A stretch of DNA of 64,000 nt from Lepidodermella squamata (lineage: Eukaryota > Animalia > Gastrotricha): positions 2,790,001-2,854,000 of the forward strand of contig JBLDXI010000015.1 in NCBI GenBank assembly GCA_047495785.1, written 5' to 3'. The stretch's first letter is position 1; each line of letters begins with the position of its first letter. The position numbers and the translations under genes are program-made. This document shows, piece after piece, positions 56,113 to 64,000 of this stretch. The notes under the pieces were generated by a model. That model did not search any database. It was not told the origin of the DNA and saw only the letters and a list, made by a program, of their open reading frames with translations.

Positions 56113-59100
56113 ATGAATGTAGCCGTTTTCTCAATTTCATGTGCTGTCAACTTGCTGTTTTCAACGCTAACATCAGGCCTGTTGTTCGATAGTAAGTTTA
56201 TTAAAGAAAAAACTGACTCGATATAATTTTAACATATTTTTTTTCTTTGTGAAATAGTTTGTTCGAAATCGTCAGATTGCAGGGGCCCAAATGAAATATG
56301 CGAGAGATTTTTGTTCACAGTTCGTTGATTTTTGGTGTGCTGTTCAAAATCTGAATGATTTTCGTTTTTTTATAGAATCCTTCCTGTCTAATGGGAACAT
56401 GCCAGTGCGCTCCATGTCACGTGATAGACATCGAAGGCTGCCAGCGAGGTGAGTTATCGTTATAGCTCTTTTCAAATTTGAACCTTTGAACCAATATATA
56501 TTTTATTGTTATAAACAACAAAAGCCCGCTGTTATTTATAAATAACAGTTGCCATAACGACACTGGAGTAACTAGAATTTCTTTGGATATGTGTTTTAAG
56601 GTTAAGGATTATTTCATTTAACGGGTTCGTAGAGGAAAGAATTAATCATCTTGCTGCTGCGATAGGCTATTTCCGAAAGGATTCGATGGATGGTCGGTCT
56701 GCCGATTCCTAAATTGCGCAATGCGTCCACTGCCGGCATTTATAAATCTGTTGACATCTTACTATTATCATAGCAATATTTTTCTAATAATGGGGTCGAC
56801 AGTCTTGGCGGTGTAAAATTATATTAATTAATACTCAAGTACAATTTTCGAAGAGGTCATCGTAATGGAAAAGCTACTAAGCTGTTGGTTTAGTTTATCA
56901 AACCTCCACGGGGAAATAGTGAGTTTAGCACCGGGAAGCATCCTGTATTACAAACAGCTTGAGCTTGGGGAGCTTGAGCTTGCTACAATCTACATTTTGC
57001 TTGCCGTCTCATACTTTGGTATTAAAGGGTAAAATTCGCCGAAATTATTTAAGCGGAACACAATTGTCCTGTGTTTAACTACATTTTAATCGCGGAACTT
57101 ACAAAAACCACAAATTGAACATGAACTGAATACCTAAAATACTAAAGTGTAAGTATTTTACGACTTATTATCATGAAATTAGTTGTCTCCGAGTGAAGAT
57201 CCATCTTCATGAAGGAAATTATGCTGGAGGTCATCGGCAATTTTCGAGATTTTTCTTACTCAATCAAAATTTAAAAAAGGAGGATAATGATACACTACAG
57301 CGGGTCAACGAATTACGTGCTGTTTGAGCGTAGTTGACGTAATTTACTTAAAAATGAGAATTAACAATGTTAATTGTCGCATCCTATTCGTCTTTTATAT
57401 TATAAGAGCTCACTTTTTTACCTCAAAATGCCCAACGCGAGACCAATCTCCATTGACCGTCTCATGCCCCCTGCTGCCGCCGCTGCCGCTGACCAGTCAC
57501 GGTAACTGCTGTTGAGGAGGAGGTGCTCGAACCGGGCGCCGGGCGCCCGGTTCGTGCGGGTCGGCGGCGGCAGCACGGGGCATGGGGCGGTCAATGGAGA
57601 TTGGTCTCGCGTTGGGCATTTTGAGGTAAAAAAGTGAGCTCTTATAATATAAAAGACGAATAGGATGCGACAATTAACATTGTTAATTCTCATTTTTAAG
57701 TAAATTACGTCAACTACGCTCAAACAGCACGTAATTCGTTGACCCGCTGTAGTGTATCACTATCCTCCTTCGACAAATTAGGAAAAAATATGCAGAATTT
57801 GGCTCTAAACTTACCTTCATTTTTCTAATGGCTTGAGTTCTAGACCGTTCTATATCACGTTCTTTTATTTTAACACATTAAAGTTTTGACAAGAGCTGAC
57901 TTTCTCAGTTCATAATTATCCCTCTTTTAAGTTTTGCTATATTTTTTTCAGTTAAATATCTGAATAATTTGGACGAACCTTGCACTGTTGGCAAGATGTC
58001 CGAAATGATAACAGTCCCCCGAGCAGCGTGCGAAAACGGCGCCGTTCGCTGCCAAATGTCCGAACGGCGATCAGGCCGGTGTTTCGCGTACAAAAACTGC
58101 TCCAACCTCAGCGCCGTCTCCTTCGCCGAGTCGACGAACCAGCGCGTGCTAACATTCGGCAGCAGCACAGTTAACGGTGTCTGCTCGCCGGGCATGGTCT
58201 GCCGCGACAACCGGTGCGTGTGCCCTGAGGTGTGGCAGCGCTTCGACGCCGTCACGCAACAGTGCGTCGAGCGGCGGTACGGCGACACGTGCAGCCAGGA
58301 CTCGGACTGCATGGTCCGGAGTCGGGTTAACCGCGGCTGGTCGAACCTCATGTACTGCGACCTACAGGAGGGCCGATGTTCTTGCCAACAGGGTACGAAA
58401 CCGGCGCAGTGGTCCGGCATTGACCCGGATCGGAATACTTTCATCACCATGACAACGTGTTTCAAATCGACGATCAAAACTGGCCTGTACAACGGCACGT
58501 GTATGAATAACCCAATTTCGGACAATATGGACGATAGAACTAGGATATGCGCGCCTGGTTTTACGTGTGTGATTTGCCCTGATAGCATGAGTCTGGCTGG
58601 AGAGTGCAGTAAGTTTTTCAAAAACGAATTTCACTCTTGATTTTACAAAAAAACTTTCAACGAGAAATGTCCGAAATTAGGGCAATTAAAGTACCTTGAT
58701 CGGGAACATGATTAAATTGACCTTTTTTGACTAGGGTCCAAAGGCTTGAAAGAGGGGCTATATTTTAAATGGAATTATCGGCTTTGATTTGACATGAAAT
58801 CAAGAGGAAAAAATCAAAAATAAATATTCATAAAAAGTGGCAAGCTTTGGATATCGTTTTTTCAGCTGAAAAATCGGATAAAATAGGACTGTCCCACAGC
58901 TAAAAGACGTTCATTTTTGTTGACCTATTCGCAATTTCAAAGGTCAACAAAAATTTGAATATTCAGGTTGCGATTTTAAATACTTCAAAGGCCGTTGCAT
59001 ATGCAAATGAGCAAAAAATAATCGATAATTTTCCAAAAGGTTATTGCCTAAACACATTGCCTAAAATCGGTTAAAAATCGCAGAATTCTCAAAATTTGCA

Positions 59101-59505
59101 GAAAAATCAGGAATGGCCTTGCCTACCGTTCGCTCGAGTTTTATAATTTTGCTGAGTAAAGCTGATTTTTCATCCTTCGAGAATTACAGCTCGATATTTT
59201 GATGATTCATAATATAAATTTTTGCGTTTGCCCTAATTATGGACATTTCTTGTTTTTTTTAATAAGTATTTTTTCAATTTTTCGTGCAAATGATGATTCG
59301 TATTTTTACAATTTTCTGTACTTCAGGACTGATTGACCATTCCCAAGTGTTTTCAACCGAGCAATGTGGCCGGCGATTCTCGCGCCCCGAAATCGGCAGC
59401 TCAAACTCAAACGCGCCTTCTTCATCCTCGAGTCAGAACCTCGCTCTTACCCTTGTGGTACTCCTAATAGCTGCCTCAACAACGTGTTTACACCTGAAAA
59501 AATGA
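56113..59505 (+). CDS. Cys-rich EB-module surface protein, probable GPI anchor; exons 56113..56191, 56258..56319, 56376..56448, 57952..58608, 59327..59505 (349 aa)
   Basis: Signal peptide MNVAVFSISCAVNLLFSTLTSG, EB-like Cys spacing (CSPGMVCRDNRCVCP, YGDTCSQDSDC), and a Ser-rich linker then hydrophobic C-terminus. Phases are consistent. Confidence 0.75.
57277..57770. repeat. Near-perfect ~490-bp palindrome (foldback element) in an intron
   Basis: Arms ~57277-57494 and ~57559-57770 are almost identical in inverted orientation. The spacer is GC-rich and contains a perfect hairpin at 57528-57554. Confidence 0.95.
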
Positions 59506-59734
59506 ATAGCGAATATAAACGAATAATCTCTCTCGGTCTCAAACAAGTCTTCGTTTTCACTGTTTCTCATTATTTAATCATAAATTTTCTAGTGTACGTG
59601 TGTATATAGTATTCGAATTGTTTCACCGAAAATTTCAAACTTATTTATTGCGAGAAAAAAAGAATATTTTGAATGATGACAATAATTGTAAAATTTTTCA
59701 AAAATTTCTTCGGGAATAAAAAATATTGAAGATG

Positions 59735-61544
59735 CTATAGCGATGTCTTTGGTTGTGCCGGCATTACGACCAGATAATTGCTCGATGAAACCGGCAATTT
59801 CGGGTTATTTATCGCCAATATTAGGTACGGACATTTTGTCGAACGAGTTTCTAGGAGTGGATTCGAAGAAATAGCTGTTATTCTAGCCGTGCCATCAGTT
59901 CCAGCAAGTTGCAAAGGTTGATTTTCTGACTTCGACAACTGGCCGTTTGGAGCCATTTCAAATAGCCAAATTCCAGGTCCTTTTTTGCCATTAAAGGCCA
60001 CAAATAAGTTTCCATCCTTGTCGAATGAAGCTGCAATCGGTTTTTTTCCGTTCATCGGTAAATTTTCCGAGTGAACTTGGGTTACTTTCAACGAATTTTG
60101 GGGTGAATCGTATTTTTCGATAAAAATATAGAGAAGCCTTATGGACGTATTTAATAGATCGGAAACGGCTAGAACCGCCAATGTGACAGTTGTCGCGTCG
60201 ACCCTGCCTCGAGCCAAGCTGAAGACAGCAATTTTGTCCAGCCTCGAATTTTCGATATTGATATCCAATAATCCTGACGATCGGTCGAACGCAACGATTC
60301 GGCTGTGGTTATTCTCGCAACAGGTGATGAAAATGATTTCATTCGCTGGATCTATCGCGATGGCGCTTTTTCCGTTGATTCTGCGAATTAAGTCGAATTC
60401 TTGACTGCTACGCTGGAGGTTTCCGTCCAGGAATGATACCGTAACGTAATCACCATCTTCCGTTAACAAGCTGATCCGAGTTTTAAGCTGGTTAAAAGCC
60501 GCCGCCTTAACACGGCACCTGGTTCGTTTTCGGCAAATTTCATAGCCTTTGGATGTCTCGAACAGCTAAAATGATGAAAATTAGGATTGAAAAAAGTTGA
60601 AAATTTACGGCAATTCAATTATTGAACAATTCTGGAAAATTTAAATAAATATATTAACAATTCTAATTAATTCTTTGGAATATTTAAAAAAATATTGAAT
60701 TTTTTAAATTAGTTAAAAAATGAAGGTACTCACCACTAATTCTCCGTCGTTGCAAACAGCGATGAGGAGTTCCGGGAAATAAACAAAATCCACAATACGG
60801 GTTGTCAATTCGATGTCATTAAATATATGTTCGCTGCCGATTCCGATAGGTATCGCTTCTTTGGCCGGATCGACCCAATATTTCCCGAGGTAATTTCTCA
60901 AATGAACCGGAGATATCGCCATGAGAGATCTTGGAAATGGCTCTTGTTGGAAATTCTCACTAGAATTTAGCTCGAGTAGTTCCGCGAGTCGAAGTCTGAA
61001 TTGTTCGCTGTAATGCGTGATTTTTTCGAGATTTCGCATCGATTCAATGAGCTGATTGAATTTATCGCTGTATTTTGCGTAGACCAACCAAAACCCCTTG
61101 CGCGTGTAACAAATCGCTTCCCACTGGCCTAAAGTAACAAGGTAGTGCATAATCCGGCCAAAATCGATGATGTCTTTCTGTCTAATTTCTTCAATATCGA
61201 CGTTTTCTGGCAACCTAGACGGCTGGATTCGAATAGTGTCCTGGTAAATTTCGACAGTCTGCGGGCTCAATCGACCGTGACCGACGCCCCCGTTATGCCA
61301 ACCTGCGTCGAGCCTTAATAACAGTTGGAAGCCCATTGACAAAATCTAGAAAATTCAATTAATTTTTGATTCAATACTGGACCTTTTTGCATACCTTATA
61401 TTCCGTCATTGGGTAAGCATTACGTTGATAAACATATTCTTCAAGGGTGATGTAGGTCAAGGAATCAACACTATCACTATCACCAGTCGTTGAATCACTA
61501 TCGACGCTAAGTGTACCTGTAACTTTGAGGGGTATGCAATCCAT
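59735..61544 (-). CDS. Pseudokinase-like C-lobe fused to a probable beta-propeller; exons 61544..61395, 61345..60734, 60565..59735 (530 aa; start uncertain)
   Basis: TLEEYV...MTEYKILSMGFQLL...WHNGGVGHGRLSPQTV and KDIIDFGRIMHYLVTLG resemble kinase subdomains V-VIb and IX. The C-terminal AIAIDPANEIIFIT and PIAASFDKDGNLFVA resemble NHL-type blades. Confidence 0.55.
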
Positions 61545-62327
61545 TTCAATTGAAAATGAAAATGCATATGTTTATACGACTTTATATATTCGCACGTCTT
61601 GCGGTTATCCGGTTTCATTTTTAGATCAGCTTTCAATGAATATCTATCACGATTTCGTATGAATTTCGTGGTCATGATTCAATGAAGTGACGCAAAATTG
61701 TGTAAACTTTACCCTCACTCGGTTTTTTTTGTATAATTTTTTTATTGGTATACATGCCAAGCAAGACGTTGAAAAGGCTAAAATAGCCTAAGCTTCGTGA
61801 GCACGAAAAAGTGATAAAACGAAAGTACTGACAATAAAGTTCTCAACGGTGGATGCAGACGTGAATCTGAAACCTCCACGGATGAAAGTGAGTCATACCA
61901 TTATCATAACGGAAATAATGATGAATTTTATCGATTTAATGCTAATGAGAGCAGCCTTATATCACGAAGGTATCATGGTAAAAAATTTGTGTAAAGCATG
62001 GCTCGAAAATCTTTCTAGATTTTTCTCTTACTAAATTCTCTTATGTATTTGCTTCATTTAATTTTATTTACCATTGAGTCTCATTATTGGCTATATCCGA
62101 TAAGTAACTTCGAATTGGGACTGAGGTTTCCGGAATCAAAGCTTCCGAACGTGCAAAACCAACCTCTTGAAATAATACTTTATTCAGTTTATTCGGGGAA
62201 TAATACAAAGGAAGCTCCAAAATTTTGGAAATGTCTAGAAAAATCAGCAATTTCGGTTGAAAATCCCAAAAAATAAAGTAAACAAATGATTTATTTTTAA
62301 TTAAGTATTTTTAATATGTCATTAATT

Positions 62328-63938
62328 ACAGCGCGTCTCAGAAGTTGCGCAGCTATTTTTGATTTGGCAACTTTCAACTTTTTTTTATATTAACCCTACC
62401 GAGAGAATATTGCGAGAGAAAAATGCCATCTTTTATCCAATTTTAACCACAGATGTAAACAATTTACCGGAGAAAACTCAGGTAACCCCGATGGTAACTG
62501 GTTCGGTAATTTTCGGTATTTTACCCGGTTGGACTGAATTTCTTCGGACTTTTTTAATCCCATTAGCAAGTGACATGGCATATCGAGATTTTATTTGTAC
62601 AACCATCCGCCTCTCGGCGCTCTAGGCGCGATAACTTATGCCATGTAGATTAGGTTAAAGTAGTCGATGAAATATTCATGTGGAAGTTTTTAGAAAAATC
62701 TGATGAATTTATAAAACGGAGTTAGAAATGTACATATTAAAAACGAGCGTATGTAGTTAATTGGTGTCAAATGTTATCCAGTTCCTGGGGTCGATTCTGA
62801 GGTTGTAAGCGGGCTTCGGTTGATTTCGAATATGCTACGCTGGGCAGCGTTTTTCAATTTCATGTGCTGTATCGGTAGACGGTGTCAGGGTCGACATGTG
62901 GTCTAGATACTTGGCACTTACGAGTGAGCTTGCGAGACAGCGTTCCACACTCAAACAGCGATACCACTCTCTCGCAGTTGGCACCGACCAAACTCGAAAA
63001 ATTACAACGTCGCCAAGATCAAGCGGTGAGAATTATTTGCCACGCTCCAATGAACGCTGATCCAGCACCGCTCAGAGTAAGCCTTGGATGGCTGGATCTC
63101 GACGGAAAGCGAAAGGTCCACCTTGCGACGCTAATATGGCGCTGCATCCACGGTGAGGCCCCGGTAGCCATTGCCAACTTTTTCGAACTACGAACAGCGC
63201 CAATGGCTTCCACCCGTAATCAAAACGCCCTGAAAGCACTTTCGAACATCCTGGTAGTGCCCAGGACTAAATCAGCAATCATGGATCGTTGTTTGGCCCA
63301 CCATGGAGCGGTGTTCTGGAATTCCCTCCCCGACCGCATCCGCACGTGCAAAACTGCCGACCAGTGCAGAAACCTGGTCTACCGTCATCTACTATCACAA
63401 CAAAAAGAACTCAACTCGAGCACCGTCGCCTGAAACCTGAAGACAAGCTTCTGTATTTTTATATTTTTATACTGATCCTACAAACTAACAATCATCATCT
63501 TTGTTTCTTTGTTGTTGAACTTGAGCTTTTTCACGAAACATTTTGTACAGAATTTTCCTAATCTCATTTCTATTTCAGCTGAGCTTTCCAACGATATTAT
63601 ATCACCTGGATGTATGGCTCATAAATAAATAAATAAATAAATAAATAAATTATAAAGCTATCCAGCTTGTCAAGAATTGTTGTTGCCTAAAAATTGTTGT
63701 TACATCACTACTACACTATCTGCACTCGTAAAAGCAATTTTTGTTATTATTTGCCAATGTCCTATTCATCTGTAAACTGTCCTGCAATTACATGTTTCAC
63801 TTTCAAATTACCTCTTGTCAAGCTGCCGTCTTCTGGGCGTTAAAGCTTATAAATAAATAAATAAATAAATCATTATAGAGTTTCTGAACCCCTTCCCGTG
63901 TATAGTCTTTGCTTGCGTTACTTATGGGACAAGCTGTG
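62328..63938. mobile_element. Inverted copy of the 24994..25358 MITE family, interrupted by retroelement insertions
   Basis: Ends TACAGCGCGTCTCAGAAGTTGCGCA and TGCGTTACTTATGGGACAAGCTG, with the shared internal block at 62460-62565. Confidence 0.6.
62960..63649 (+). mobile_element. 5'-truncated L2/CR1-group LINE 3' end with (TAAA)n tail
   Basis: LEKLQRRQDQAVRII...LGWLDL..KRKVHLATLIWRCIHGEAP...VVPRTKS...GAVFWNSLPDRIR, then (TAAA)7 at ~63621-63649. A second (TAAA)n-tailed fragment ends at ~63870. Confidence 0.85.
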
Positions 63939-64000
63939 TGAACCTACAAATAATCTTTCAAAACTTTCGGCATGGGCTTCCAAATGATAAAATTATAACC

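Noticed and set aside
57324-57723. Two ORFs on opposite strands with the same N-terminal peptide (MSVVDVIYLK...)
   Set aside because: Artefact of the palindrome; non-ATG starts and an intronic location.
57905-58621. Long antisense ORFs over real genes (also 14683..15081, 42004..42558, 33035..33413)
   Set aside because: Shadow frames of coding exons, with no independent motifs.

Overview
AT-rich, gene-dense genomic DNA from an invertebrate animal: short ~50-60 nt GT-AG introns with tttcag/ttttag acceptors, and CpG not visibly depleted. I cannot assign the taxon from sequence alone. The first ~14 kb is a nested transposon pile: LINE fragments, a Mutator (MULE) remnant, a probable solo LTR, two P-superfamily elements with 8-bp TSDs, and MITEs. 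The remainder holds hand-spliced host genes: a divergent Cys-loop ion channel with three extra predicted TM helices, a GPI-type trypsin, OGDH (tRNA-Glu in intron 1), an M1 aminopeptidase, a secreted two-domain sushi-like protein, two tandem N-acylation-type globins with a long EF insertion, three EB-module Cys-rich proteins, a divergent nuclear receptor, two tandem class-V PLP C-S lyase-like enzymes (U2 snRNA in an intron), and a pseudokinase/beta-propeller-like fusion. It also holds a complete 3.4-kb MULE carrying an AT-hook/zinc-finger cargo gene, and more MITEs and LINE ends. The best candidates for new biology are the 7-TM Cys-loop channel, the globin pair with an upstream HRE cluster, the MULE cargo gene, the pseudokinase fusion and the rapid intron turnover between tandem paralogs. 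All exon models and family calls were made by eye, with no database searches.
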